Shown one piece after another: positions 27,984-37,866 of a DNA stretch of 64,000 nucleotides; position 1 is the first letter of the stretch; each line of letters opens with the position of its first letter. A program made the translations under genes and the position numbers. The stretch is from the NCBI GenBank assembly GCA_964635675.1, contig CAZWPT010000003.1, positions 3,672 through 67,671 of the forward strand. Direction: 5' to 3'. The notes beneath the pieces are model-generated. The model worked only from the letters and a program-made list of their open reading frames with translations, made no database searches and was not told where the DNA came from. Origin of the DNA: an uncultured Nitrososphaerota archaeon (GTDB lineage Archaea > Thermoproteota > EX4484-205 > JAAOZP01).

Positions 27984-29138
27984 TTACTCCTTATAGAGGC
28001 CGATTTTCTTCAAAAGCTCGTAGGTGAAGTTAAGGTGTTCCACGGGAGTGTTCGGAGCCACATTGTTAGCGTCTCTGAAAACAAACTTTTTCCCTTTTGT
28101 AACTCCAGAGTCCAATACGGTTTTAACCTCCTCTTCAATCTTGCTTAAAGGACCCTGTTTAAGTGTTGTAACTCTAACACCACCCTGTATCACCACGTCT
28201 TCTCCAAGTATCTCTCTAGCCCTTCCCAAGTCTAGTGGAAACCCAGTGTCGATCGAGGAAATATTAAGCTCCTCCTTCAGGGTTTTCAGATGCTGTATAA
28301 CTGCTCCGCATAAGTGTATGCTTGGTCTTCCAGAGCAGAAAGTGTTAACTATCTTCTTATGAAGAGGGAGAACGAATTCTCTATAGGCTCTTGGAGACAG
28401 AAGCTGAATAGAGTCATCTGCAAACCCGAATCCTTCATACGGAAATGAAATCTTAAGCAATCTATGCCAAGCCTTCATTCTCTCAATTATGGATTCCGTC
28501 ATAAACCAGAGGAATTCCTCAGCTAAACTCCTGTTTAGATAGAGCATTTTAACCACGTAGCCGCCCGTAATGTTAGTCGCTATAGTGAAAGGCCCGTCTG
28601 TACCAATCGGTGCGGAGATGCTTCCAATAGGTCTTCCAAAGTAGGTGTAGCCTTCCTCCTTCTTCTTAAGGAAATATTCGTAGAAGCTTCTTACTCTTGC
28701 CATAAAGCCGGTGAAAGGCTCCGGTATGCCTTTTTTCATAAAGGTTCTCAAGTCATCAGCACTCTTCAGAAAAGGAATTATATCTGGAACACTATAGGCA
28801 GAGAAGTAGAGAGGTGCTCCGAACCATGCTGATTCATAAACGTTTTGAAACTGTACTGGAGTGGGCCATTCTCTGGGCAAACCCATTTCCCAGTCGGCAT
28901 AAACATTATGCCTCTTCCAGTATTCGAATTCGAGTTCAACCTGCAACATAGTTTCAGGATCGTTGAAAATCTTCTCATAAGTATAGTTCCTAATATTTAG
29001 CTCCTTGTTTAAAACAATCATTCTATCGTTCATTCCCCATATGACCGGGATTCTTTTATGCCTGTTTAGCTTGAAGTCTTTCCATAAGCGCAAAACCATT
29101 TCGTTGTGCTGCTCAAAACTATTGGTAGTATGCAGCAT
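27984..29138 (-). CDS. URO-D/MtaA-superfamily protein, paralog 2 (has an H-L-C-G motif)
   Basis: 384 aa. ...SGRPSIHLCGAV... sits at the position where paralogs 1, 3 and 5 have H-S-D-G. The H-x-C is reminiscent of the Zn-binding motif of MtaA-type methyltransferases. Lies immediately downstream of GH36 on the same strand. Confidence 0.6.
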   Translation of the reverse strand: MLHTTNSFEQHNEMVLRLWKDFKLNRHKRIPVIWGMNDRMIVLNKELNIRNYTYEKIFNDPETMLQVELEFEYWKRHNVYADWEMGLPREWPTPVQFQNVYESAWFGAPLYFSAYSVPDIIPFLKSADDLRTFMKKGIPEPFTGFMARVRSFYEYFLKKKEEGYTYFGRPIGSISAPIGTDGPFTIATNITGGYVVKMLYLNRSLAEEFLWFMTESIIERMKAWHRLLKISFPYEGFGFADDSIQLLSPRAYREFVLPLHKKIVNTFCSGRPSIHLCGAVIQHLKTLKEELNISSIDTGFPLDLGRAREILGEDVVIQGGVRVTTLKQGPLSKIEEEVKTVLDSGVTKGKKFVFRDANNVAPNTPVEHLNFTYELLKKIGLYKE

Positions 29139-29227
29139 TGTTCAAAAGCTTAACTTAGTATACATATTTAAGCCTTATTCTGAAAACGCTTTTCAAAGAT
29201 GTGTAATCACATCTATTTCCTGTCGGA

Positions 29228-31351
29228 CTATCTTACCAGCTTTAACCGGATCCTCTGCCCACAGCACCGGATTTTCAGTAAAGGCTCCTCCTGCACAGGC
29301 TCTCCTCCTTCAACCATTACTTTACCCTTAGACTTTGCAACGAGTATTCCAGGCTCTCTAAGCTTAAGAAACGCTTCGTCTTCATAAACAACCGCGTAAT
29401 CAATGCCCCGCGGCATAATATAGATGCCCTTCAATCCTATCAGTGTCAGCCAGTCGCTCCACGGTGCGAATATGAAGAGCTTCACACCCATGGGGTTAAG
29501 CTCAAAGCTGACAGATTTCTCCCACAACTCCTCGCTGAAGTATTCGAAAACTGCATACCTCTCATCCGGAAGCATTGCGTCGAAGGGGGTTACACTTCCT
29601 TTAACCGGTATGTCGTCCTTTGTGATGTTGAAAGCAGCTACCACACCGTATACTCCCACATCGCTCAAGCTAACCTTGGTGAAAACTTTAAGCGGTACTG
29701 CTTCATTGTAAGGATCGCGCATCAGTATATCTTTAGTGGGCAGTGCAGGCCCATCGGGCAACGGAAGGAAACCGTCGGTGAATGCAAGGGGTTTCACTAG
29801 TTCCGCTACGCTTTTTCCAGCTTCATCAGTAAGGTATATTGGACCGCCACTCACAGCTCTTGCTACCGCCTGCTGCAGAGCCCAAGGATCGTGACTCTGA
29901 AACATATCCCAGTCGGGCCATACGATCTGAGACATGAAAAGCGCATTGTATGCGTTAAAATAGAGGTGTAATTTGTTTCTGGATTTTTTATGAGGTACGA
30001 TGTAGTCCACACAATTTCTAGCTATCGTTGACCTAAACCAGCTGAATGCATTCTCTGGTTGCTGAGCCATACAGTTAAGAACCTCCAGTGAATTGATGTA
30101 AGCCGCTGCTTCCAGCCCCTTGTGGAGCATCTCGGCCGCCTCTCCAACAGGTATTTTAGCGGAATACGTATGGCCGACGGAAGACTGGTTATCAACCTTC
30201 ACGAAGTCGAAGCCCCATTCTCTGAGCTTAGAGTACCAGTCCCTGAAAAGATCGAATGAATCAGCGGGTTTTGGTACTAGGTTTCCCTCCACCTCCATCA
30301 AATGTTTTCCCCATCTCTCTGCTAGCTGGCTTCCCTTAGCGATTCCTCTCCAATGTATGTTAAGCGTGTGCCAAAGCCCAACGTATCTCGCCCCCATGCT
30401 CTTCAGTTTGCCAACGACATCCTCAAAACCTCCTGGAAACTTTCTCACACTGGGCTCCAAACCCTTCATACTCATATCCTCCTCGTCTTGCCACCCATCG
30501 TCAATCAAGGCAAAACCGGGTTTGATACCCTTCTCTAATAAGGACTTGAACGTAACCACTATTTTCTCCTCCGTAGGGTCACGCCAGCAAGCATTCCAAG
30601 AACACCAGCCAAGGTACTTGAAGATCTCTGGTAACGCCTTATTCTTCCTAAGTACGTCATGCTTTCCTGTAAGCGTGAAAGCGGACTCGTATGCAGATTC
30701 CACTGCTCTATAGGGGTTGCTCGAGGTCGCAAACGCGAAAAGAGGCACCCGACTCCAAGCTCCTGCTACCATCCTGTTCAGCAGGATGCTGAACTCACCC
30801 TGTTCGAACCGTGAGACGTAACCACGAGCACCCGAGTTCGAAATTGGAAGCAAGAACGCATAACTTCCTGCACCTTCGGCAATGAGTTGAGAAACCTTGA
30901 TATTCCTCGGCAAGCCTTTAAAGCCTGAAGCATGGATTGGGTAGCTCCATGCGCAATACTCGAACTCCTCCGCCTCTCTTAGCTGTGGATACTGATATGG
31001 TTCCTGTGATTCACCAAAGTATTTGTCAGGATCGTAAGTGAAGTGGAACAGGAGAAGACTTTTAAAACCTTCAAAGCTTGACCTTAGCTCAACTAGAAGA
31101 CCATTATCGCTCAGTCCATCGGCCTCAGCTGTCACAACGATGGCCTCCGGCCCCCATTCTTCGAATACCAGTTTACTCTTTCCCTCAGGGTATTTGACGT
31201 GCGCAGTACTGGCATGCAGCTCTACGGAAAGAGGATTCGAAAGCTCACCGGCGAGAGCCATCAGTGGCCTAAAGATAAGTCTAAAGCCCTCCTTTTCCAT
31301 AAGGATCTCCGAATCTCTAACCCTAAAGGATGCTGGACCCATGGAAAACAC
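29228..31351 (-). CDS. GH36-family alpha-galactosidase (raffinose-synthase-like clade)
   Basis: 707 aa. ALIDDGWQDEE (DDGW motif) and FDFVKVDNQ (K-x-D nucleophile motif) are characteristic of GH36/GalS-like enzymes. Confidence 0.7.
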   Translation of the reverse strand: MFSMGPASFRVRDSEILMEKEGFRLIFRPLMALAGELSNPLSVELHASTAHVKYPEGKSKLVFEEWGPEAIVVTAEADGLSDNGLLVELRSSFEGFKSLLLFHFTYDPDKYFGESQEPYQYPQLREAEEFEYCAWSYPIHASGFKGLPRNIKVSQLIAEGAGSYAFLLPISNSGARGYVSRFEQGEFSILLNRMVAGAWSRVPLFAFATSSNPYRAVESAYESAFTLTGKHDVLRKNKALPEIFKYLGWCSWNACWRDPTEEKIVVTFKSLLEKGIKPGFALIDDGWQDEEDMSMKGLEPSVRKFPGGFEDVVGKLKSMGARYVGLWHTLNIHWRGIAKGSQLAERWGKHLMEVEGNLVPKPADSFDLFRDWYSKLREWGFDFVKVDNQSSVGHTYSAKIPVGEAAEMLHKGLEAAAYINSLEVLNCMAQQPENAFSWFRSTIARNCVDYIVPHKKSRNKLHLYFNAYNALFMSQIVWPDWDMFQSHDPWALQQAVARAVSGGPIYLTDEAGKSVAELVKPLAFTDGFLPLPDGPALPTKDILMRDPYNEAVPLKVFTKVSLSDVGVYGVVAAFNITKDDIPVKGSVTPFDAMLPDERYAVFEYFSEELWEKSVSFELNPMGVKLFIFAPWSDWLTLIGLKGIYIMPRGIDYAVVYEDEAFLKLREPGILVAKSKGKVMVEGGEPVQEEPLLKIRCCGQRIRLKLVR

Positions 31352-31454
31352 GCTTCACGGTTACTAATTAACGTATCGCAGCATTTTTAGCCAAAATGTA
31401 AACTAACTCCCAGTAAGCACCTAAAGAAATTGAAAATAGAAGCCGTCTTAAAAT

Positions 31455-31464
31455 TTTTATAAAC
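31455..31464 (+). promoter_or_regulatory. TATA box (TTTTTATAAA) upstream of the 31485 gene
   Basis: AT-rich box 21 nt upstream of ATG 31485, implying a leaderless transcript. It lies in the 133-bp divergent region shared with the GH36 operon. Confidence 0.45.
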
Positions 31465-31484
31465 TGTGTTCTGCCTCTTTTCGA

Positions 31485-32612
31485 ATGAACTCTTGGGAAA
31501 GGGTAGTAACGGCTATGCAGATTTCAATACCGGATAGGGTTCCGATTTATGAGTTGCACCCCTCCTTGAAAATATTTTCCACCGTGCTTGGTAAAAATGA
31601 CGACAGTATCATGGCTCATAACCCTGAAGCGTTTTTCAACCTAATAGCTTCTAAGGGAAATATTGATCTAAACAAGGTTAACGAACAAATTGCGGAAGAA
31701 CTTCTAAACCTTTATGGAAAACTCGGGCTAGATTGGATTCGCGTTGTAAAAGCTTATGTCAGCATCCCGAGGGAATTGAAGAGGATTGGCGAGCATACGT
31801 GGCAGGTAGACGGGAAAATATACAAGTGGTCGGGAGAAACCCTTTGGAACATGAGCGAGCGTAGGACCTATGACCCGGATGAGGTGATAAGAGAGTGTAG
31901 GAATAGTGATGTTGAAATAGATCCGTTAGCGTTTGAAGTGCTTAGGAAACTAGCAGCCAAGGTGAAGAAAGACATGTTCCTGTCTTTTGACGCTGACGGA
32001 ACATGGGAGCCCATAGTGTCTAATCCAAATCTCCTCAAACACGTCCTACTATGGGTTTACAGGAGGCCTGATGCTGTAGAGGCCTTAATCAACCATAATA
32101 CTGACGTTGCCATCGAGTACGGCAAGTGGGCTATAGATGAAGGTGCTGACGCAATTCAACTCTGCGTTGACTATGGGAACCAGAACGGTCCTTGGATGTC
32201 AATCGAAATGTTCAGGAAATTTGTTAAACCAGCTTTGAGAAGAGAAGTGGATGCTTTCAAGAGAAAAGGCGCATTTGTAGTTCTTCACTCCGACGGGTAT
32301 ATCATGCCCATTCTCCCCGATATTGTTGACACGGAGGTAGATGCTTACCAGTGCATCGACGTGATCGCCGGTATGAAGATGTGGGAGGTTAAGGAAAAAT
32401 TCGGAGACAAAATTTGCCTAGTTGGGAATGTGGATCCTAGGATAATAGAATACGGGACTAAAAATGACGTAGAGAAAGAGGTTGAGAGATGCTTAAGAGA
32501 AGGGGGGAGAGAAGGCTACATTCTTTCGGCTTCAGCAAGCTGTGCGCTTAACAATAACGCAGAGAATTACATTTATATGATAAACTACGTTAAGAGAAAA
32601 ACATTACAGTAA
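31485..32612 (+). CDS. URO-D/MtaA-superfamily protein, paralog 3 (close duplicate of paralog 1)
   Basis: 375 aa. MNSWERVVTAMQISIPDRVPIYE...AFVVLHSDGYIMP...GNVDPRIIEYG...GGREGYILSASASC. The DNA is also clearly similar to 22980..24107 (identical first 17 nt). Confidence 0.65.
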   Translation: MNSWERVVTAMQISIPDRVPIYELHPSLKIFSTVLGKNDDSIMAHNPEAFFNLIASKGNIDLNKVNEQIAEELLNLYGKLGLDWIRVVKAYVSIPRELKRIGEHTWQVDGKIYKWSGETLWNMSERRTYDPDEVIRECRNSDVEIDPLAFEVLRKLAAKVKKDMFLSFDADGTWEPIVSNPNLLKHVLLWVYRRPDAVEALINHNTDVAIEYGKWAIDEGADAIQLCVDYGNQNGPWMSIEMFRKFVKPALRREVDAFKRKGAFVVLHSDGYIMPILPDIVDTEVDAYQCIDVIAGMKMWEVKEKFGDKICLVGNVDPRIIEYGTKNDVEKEVERCLREGGREGYILSASASCALNNNAENYIYMINYVKRKTLQ

Positions 32613-32661
32613 GCAGCACCCTAACACCAGTAAGAAAACAAAACTTATATATGAAAAAGAC

Positions 32662-33666
32662 TTGGAGACAAGGGGATTGGGTGGAAAGTTTGACGTAATC
32701 GGATTGGGAATGAGTTGTGTCGATTGCATTCTAAAGGTTGAAAGCGTTGAGAATCTGAACCGGGTAAGTGTACTCGACTGGACTATCCAGGGAGGGGGTA
32801 AGGCCTCTACCGCCATGGTGGCCGCGGCCCGTCTCGGGGCAAAAACCTCCGTGATAACGAGGATTGGGCAGGATGAGGCTGGAGAACTCATCATCTCAGA
32901 GTTTAAAAAGTATGGGGTAGACACTAGTAGAATCATTGTGCAAGAGGGATATAGTACTCCAATACTCTTCATACTTGTTGATGCCAATGGTAGTCCTAGA
33001 TGGATTGATGCTAAAGTATTAAAAGACCGTGTTCTTCCAGAGCCAGTAAAGCATATGGTTAAGTTAGCGGAAGCAAAGAACCAGTTTGTGAACAACATTA
33101 CAAGAAAACATGTTGAGGACGAGCTCGACTTCGTAACTGAAGGGAGAATACTCCTCCTGGATTGTTTTGAGCCCGAGTGTTTAGATGCGGCTATAGCTGC
33201 CAGGAAGAATAATGTTGAAACTTGTCTCGATATGTATTTTCACCCAAATCTGACAGAACTTCTCCGAAACATAACATACTGTATACCATCTAGGAGAGCT
33301 GCTGCTAATTTTACTGGAGAAACTGATCCTGAAGCCATGTGCAGAAAGCTTCTTCGCCTAGGGCCTGAAGTAGTGGGAGTGACGCTCGGCGAAGAAGGTT
33401 CTGTGTTCATGACTCAGAAGGGGGAGGTGGTGAAGCAGAAAGCCTTCAGGGTTCAGGTGGTGGATACAACTGGAGCCGGTGACGTGTTTCACGGTGCCTT
33501 CTGCTACGGCGTGGCGCAAGGCTGGAGTCTTCCTAAGACCGTGGAATTTTCAAGTGCAGTTGCAGCGCTAAAATGCAGAAGACTCGGCGGCAGGGCAGGG
33601 ATTCCCTCTCTGAACGAGACTGAGGGATTCTTAAGAAGATTTAAACAAAGCATAAATATGACTTGA
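32662..33666 (+). CDS. PfkB-family carbohydrate kinase (ribokinase-like)
   Basis: 334 aa. C-terminal DTTGAGDVFHGAF signature of the PfkB family. Confidence 0.8.
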   Translation: METRGLGGKFDVIGLGMSCVDCILKVESVENLNRVSVLDWTIQGGGKASTAMVAAARLGAKTSVITRIGQDEAGELIISEFKKYGVDTSRIIVQEGYSTPILFILVDANGSPRWIDAKVLKDRVLPEPVKHMVKLAEAKNQFVNNITRKHVEDELDFVTEGRILLLDCFEPECLDAAIAARKNNVETCLDMYFHPNLTELLRNITYCIPSRRAAANFTGETDPEAMCRKLLRLGPEVVGVTLGEEGSVFMTQKGEVVKQKAFRVQVVDTTGAGDVFHGAFCYGVAQGWSLPKTVEFSSAVAALKCRRLGGRAGIPSLNETEGFLRRFKQSINMT

Positions 33667-33700
33667 GTTTATACTTTCCTCTAAGGAGGTTTGTCTAAAC

Positions 33701-35065
33701 TTGGAAGGTCAAAACACTAGGGTGAAACTTGGTTTTGTCCCATCTCATAGACGGATGTTCAAAAGGTCTGAATCATGGGCAAAGGAGCTGCGTGACAGGA
33801 CTCTGCAAATACTTAGAGAAATTAGTTTCTTGGAAGTTATAGCCCCTGATGAAAACCTTACTGGGAACGGTCTGGTGCAGACTGATGAAGATGCAGAGAA
33901 AGTAATACGGCTGTTTAAGGGAAACTGCGTAGACGGGATTATTATTGAAGCTGTAGATTTTGGCGACGAGGTTTCAGCAGCACTCGTAGCATCTGCTTTG
34001 TCTAAACCCGTCATATTATTTGCAACAAGAGAACCGCCTTTCACTGCTGAGGGGGAACGAATCTCGGATTCCTTCTGTGGAACAATATCAATAGGTTCTG
34101 CGCTTTATAGAAGAAAGATACCGTTCGTCTGGGGAGGAGTAGTTTTTCCGGAGGAAAAAGAGTTCAGGGAATCCATTGAGAATTTTGCTAGAACATGCAC
34201 CATAGTTAATGGTTTCTTAAAGGCCAGGATAGGTCTGGTAGGTCCTAGGCCAGAGAGCTTCGAAACCTGCGCCCTGGATGAGGTCACCCTAATAAGAGCA
34301 TTCAATCAAAGAGTGATCCCCATTTCTCTCGTTGAAGCCGGAGCATTGGCAGAAAATATTAATGTTCAGGAGATTAATAGAATTATGCAGTCCATTAGGA
34401 GCGAAGCCGATACGTCGACGATAAATGAAGAAACTCTGGTTAAAATAGCGAGGCTCGAATTCTGCTTGCTGGCACTGGCCGATAAGTGGAGGCTTGACGC
34501 TATGGGAATCCAGTGCTGGGGGCCCATGCACCGTGTCTTTGGAATTGCTCCGTGCCATGTAAGCGGTAGACTTGTCGACCAAGGCATTATGGTGTCCTGT
34601 GAGGCAGATATCCTTGGTGCTTTAACAATGCTGATTCAATATTTGGCCTCCTTTAGAAAGACTCCTCCTCATTTCGTCGACTGGACGGTGCAGCATCAGG
34701 AGAAAGAGAATGTTTTCTTAGCCTGGCATTGTGGAAACGCTCCGCCGTCTCTTGCAAACGATAAGGCCAGGATTAATCAGAACGGCATGGGAACCTTTCA
34801 GCTTAAGCCCGGTATTGTAACCATTAATAGGTTAGCGGAATATGAAGGTAAATTCAAAATGCTGATGACGATGGGAAGAATTTTAGAGAGCCGTCAGAAT
34901 CTTCAAGGCACTTGGGCCTGGGTTGAAGTGCCCGATTTGAAGAGGCTTTACGAGGCTATTCTTAAGAACGGCTTTACTCATCATGCTAGCATGATTCATG
35001 GAGATTACACTAGGCCGATTCAAGATGCTTGTGAAATACTTGGAATAGAAATAGTCAAGGTCTAA
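33701..35065 (+). CDS. L-fucose/L-arabinose isomerase-family sugar isomerase (tentative)
   Basis: 454 aa. The N-terminal VKLGFVPSH...R and overall size are consistent with FucI/AraA-like isomerases. Assignment is tentative. Confidence 0.45.
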   Translation: MEGQNTRVKLGFVPSHRRMFKRSESWAKELRDRTLQILREISFLEVIAPDENLTGNGLVQTDEDAEKVIRLFKGNCVDGIIIEAVDFGDEVSAALVASALSKPVILFATREPPFTAEGERISDSFCGTISIGSALYRRKIPFVWGGVVFPEEKEFRESIENFARTCTIVNGFLKARIGLVGPRPESFETCALDEVTLIRAFNQRVIPISLVEAGALAENINVQEINRIMQSIRSEADTSTINEETLVKIARLEFCLLALADKWRLDAMGIQCWGPMHRVFGIAPCHVSGRLVDQGIMVSCEADILGALTMLIQYLASFRKTPPHFVDWTVQHQEKENVFLAWHCGNAPPSLANDKARINQNGMGTFQLKPGIVTINRLAEYEGKFKMLMTMGRILESRQNLQGTWAWVEVPDLKRLYEAILKNGFTHHASMIHGDYTRPIQDACEILGIEIVKV

Positions 35066-35163
35066 TCATGCTGTTTTGTTAAGCATGCTGCCGAACCCGT
35101 TGCTAATCCTCTAAAGTAGACTTTCTAAAACGTTTTTAAACAGTGTTAACACCATAGGGTTTC

Positions 35164-35571
35164 ATGCATGAATGGGCTTTAGCCGAATCGGTGATAAAAA
35201 CAGTTCTAAGAATAGTTGATGAAAAAGGGATTAGAAAAGTCACCGAGATTAAAATAAAAATCGGGGAAATGCAGCAATTGGAATATGAAGTGTTCAGAGA
35301 AGCACTGGTGCAGTTGAAACCTGTTGAGTTGAAGGACGCTGAGTTCATTATAGAGGTTGCGGAGACAGAGTTTAAATGCAGAGCCTGTGGGTTCAAATGG
35401 CTTTTTCCAAAGAAGGACCTTGGCGAAGACGTGCTGGAAGCCATACACTTTCTCCCGGAGGTTTCTCACGCCTACTTAAAGTGTCCTCGGTGCGGAAGCC
35501 CGGATTTTGAAATAACCGGGGGCAGAGGGGTTTGGATCGAGAGTATAAGCGGAGTGGAGAAGAATGGTTGA
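35164..35571 (+). CDS. hypA: HypA-like metallochaperone (hydrogenase Ni-insertion factor family)
   Basis: 135 aa. N-terminal MHEWALAES (the MHE Ni site) and two CxxC pairs (CRACG, CPRCG) forming the Zn site. Confidence 0.7.
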   Translation: MHEWALAESVIKTVLRIVDEKGIRKVTEIKIKIGEMQQLEYEVFREALVQLKPVELKDAEFIIEVAETEFKCRACGFKWLFPKKDLGEDVLEAIHFLPEVSHAYLKCPRCGSPDFEITGGRGVWIESISGVEKNG

Positions 35572-36289
35572 TCCGAGAATAAGCGTGATTGACGATAGGA
35601 TGAGGAAAGTAGGAAGGATAATTGCTGTTTCAAGCGGTAAGGGGGGCGTGGGTAAGAGCCTACTGGCTTCTACGCTCGCGTTGATCTTGGCAGGAAAAGG
35701 CTATAGGACCGGGTTGTTCGACTTGGATTTTACAAGTCCTTCTACGCATGTCATTCTGGGTTTTAAAGAAGCTCGGCCTGTGGAGGACAGGGGGATTATT
35801 CCACCACTTGCCCATGGCTTAAAATACATGACGATAATCTACTATTCGGGTGAGCGTGCAACGCCGCTGAGAGGCATGGATTTTTCAAACGCGTTTATCG
35901 AGCTGCTTTCTGTTACTAATTGGGGTGAATTGGATTTCCTAATACTGGATATGCCTCCGGGTATTGGCGATGCTACTCTCGACGTCATACGTTTAATGAG
36001 AAAATCTGAATTTCTAATAGTTACAACCCCGTCTCCACTAGCTTTTGAAACAGTTGAGAAGCTAGTAGGAATGCTGAGGGAGCTCGATGTTCCTATAGTG
36101 GGTGTAGTCGAAAACATGAAAACAGGGTTGAGCAATATTCAGCAGGAATCTCGAAAACTCAATGTCAGGTTCCTAGGAGAAATACCGTACGACCCGGCGG
36201 TTGAGGAGAATCTTGGGAACGTAGATGGATTGTTGAAGACAGTTTTCGCAAAAGAGGCTGAGAAGCTGCTCGAGCATCTAACAGGGTAG
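35564..36289 (+). CDS. Mrp/MinD-family P-loop ATPase, ATPase-type HypB-like partner of HypA
   Basis: 241 aa. Deviant Walker A SSGKGGVGKS. The 8-nt overlap with the hypA-like gene suggests translational coupling. Thermococcales-type HypB belongs to this ATPase family. Confidence 0.65.
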   Translation: MVDPRISVIDDRMRKVGRIIAVSSGKGGVGKSLLASTLALILAGKGYRTGLFDLDFTSPSTHVILGFKEARPVEDRGIIPPLAHGLKYMTIIYYSGERATPLRGMDFSNAFIELLSVTNWGELDFLILDMPPGIGDATLDVIRLMRKSEFLIVTTPSPLAFETVEKLVGMLRELDVPIVGVVENMKTGLSNIQQESRKLNVRFLGEIPYDPAVEENLGNVDGLLKTVFAKEAEKLLEHLTG

Positions 36290-36333
36290 TGGTGAAAAAC
36301 GCATCACCCTGTTTCCTCAGGACGCCGGATATA

Positions 36334-37800
36334 CTAATCTTTGTTGCATATGCAGTGACCCTTATATCCATGGCAAACAGGACAAGTAGCCACGTTTTGC
36401 CCACTAGGATACCATCCGGCTTCTCCAGGCCCCAAGATTACGAAGCTTGCTATCCTATTTTCAAACTCTATATTAAGCTCATTTACGTTTTCGACTTCAG
36501 GCGCTTCGACAAGGAAGCGCTTCTGACCGAACAGGCCCTTTAATTCAGTCACTTCCCACCTAGGGGGAGTTCTCAGCCCTATTTCCGGTTCCACCTGTAA
36601 ATTGTTCTTAAAGACTCTTATACCTAGGGTTTTTCCTACATGCGGGTAGATGACTGGCTCCCCATTGTAGTGCAGCCACACTTCACAGTCGTCAATGCTT
36701 CTTACAGAGGAATGGACATCGTTTTTCAAGGAGCCTATTGCCAGCTCGTTTCTCATAAGGAGCGATACATGGTTCTCAGGCAGAATTGTGCAGTCTCCGA
36801 GTTTTACTTCCCGGTTTTTCTCCAGAACCTTTTCCGCTACAGCCACCACTCTATCCGTCAATTCAGACACTGTCTTAGGAGCATTATCCAGCCTGGTATA
36901 CTTGTGAAGGATAATCTTCTCGCCAACCCCCTTTCTCCAATCATCCGGAATACCCTTGGTTCCGAGGATTATTCCAAGCAGAGAGCCCAGAGTTGCCCCA
37001 GTGCAATCAGTATCATAACCACAGTTCACAGCCTTACACAGCTTGTCGCCGAAATCCTTCCCGTAGAGCAGGCCAAGTACCGTGAACCCGTGGTTCTGCA
37101 CAGCGTGGCACGCACTGTTATGCCCATACCAGTAGACTATTCTCTCCCTGGCTTCAGCCCACCTGACGTTATTCCTATAGCACCATAAGGCTTCTCTTAT
37201 AACTCTCGATATCTGGGAATATACTGGGATCATGTTTAAACCTATCCTTATTAGTGCCTCAGCATCGCTTACCAGGAAGGCTGCGCTCTCTACAGCAGCC
37301 CAAAACATCTCCCCGTACATGCCTTCGCCCCCAGAATGATCCAGGCAGGAGTCTTTCCAAGCGTAGGAGGCTGCGAGCTGCGGGTTACCGGGGGCGATGC
37401 AGGCCCATATTTCACTCCTTATTGGCGATCCCATCTCGTCCACGTAGTAGTTTTCGAAGCATCCTGAAACAGGAGGAAGGAGGCCTCTTCTGAGGTTCCT
37501 CTGGCAGAACCCATACTCGTTCCAGGGGTATGCTGAGAGGTGCTTAAGCCAATATTCTGCAAGTGTTTCAAGCTTGACCTCTATCCCATGGTCTTCAAGC
37601 ATCTTCAGCCAGACTAGTTGAAAATCAAGATCATCATTCGGAGCGGCTTCGCCAACCGGTTGAGCGTAGAACTCCAGGTTATTCACAAACTTCTTTCCTT
37701 CGAAGGGCGCGCCCAAAGTGCCTCCGATGTTCTTTCCAAGCCAGCAAGCGTTGACCTTGTCCCAGTATTCTGACCTTGAAAGTATTATAGGCTTATCCAT
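36334..37800 (-). CDS. ADP-ribosylglycohydrolase (ARH) family protein with a C-terminal beta-rich extension and Cys/His-rich tail
   Basis: 488 aa. N-terminal IGGTLGAPFEG and later GYDTDCTGATLGSLLG match ARH family motifs. The C-terminal extension of about 150 aa ends in CPVCHGYKGHCICNKD. Confidence 0.65.
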   Translation of the reverse strand: MDKPIILSRSEYWDKVNACWLGKNIGGTLGAPFEGKKFVNNLEFYAQPVGEAAPNDDLDFQLVWLKMLEDHGIEVKLETLAEYWLKHLSAYPWNEYGFCQRNLRRGLLPPVSGCFENYYVDEMGSPIRSEIWACIAPGNPQLAASYAWKDSCLDHSGGEGMYGEMFWAAVESAAFLVSDAEALIRIGLNMIPVYSQISRVIREALWCYRNNVRWAEARERIVYWYGHNSACHAVQNHGFTVLGLLYGKDFGDKLCKAVNCGYDTDCTGATLGSLLGIILGTKGIPDDWRKGVGEKIILHKYTRLDNAPKTVSELTDRVVAVAEKVLEKNREVKLGDCTILPENHVSLLMRNELAIGSLKNDVHSSVRSIDDCEVWLHYNGEPVIYPHVGKTLGIRVFKNNLQVEPEIGLRTPPRWEVTELKGLFGQKRFLVEAPEVENVNELNIEFENRIASFVILGPGEAGWYPSGQNVATCPVCHGYKGHCICNKD

Positions 37801-37866
37801 TTATTTCCAATTTAGCCCGCAGGATCTGATTTTTAAAGTTTTAAACATTAATGGTCCTCTGGCTGA

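Noticed and set aside
35564-36289. Considered annotating the Mrp/MinD ATPase as an Fe-S cluster carrier (ApbC/Nbp35)
   Set aside because: It lacks the C-terminal CxxC motif of ApbC/Nbp35-type carriers, and its gene overlaps a HypA-like gene. The HypB-like metallochaperone ATPase role is the more parsimonious call.
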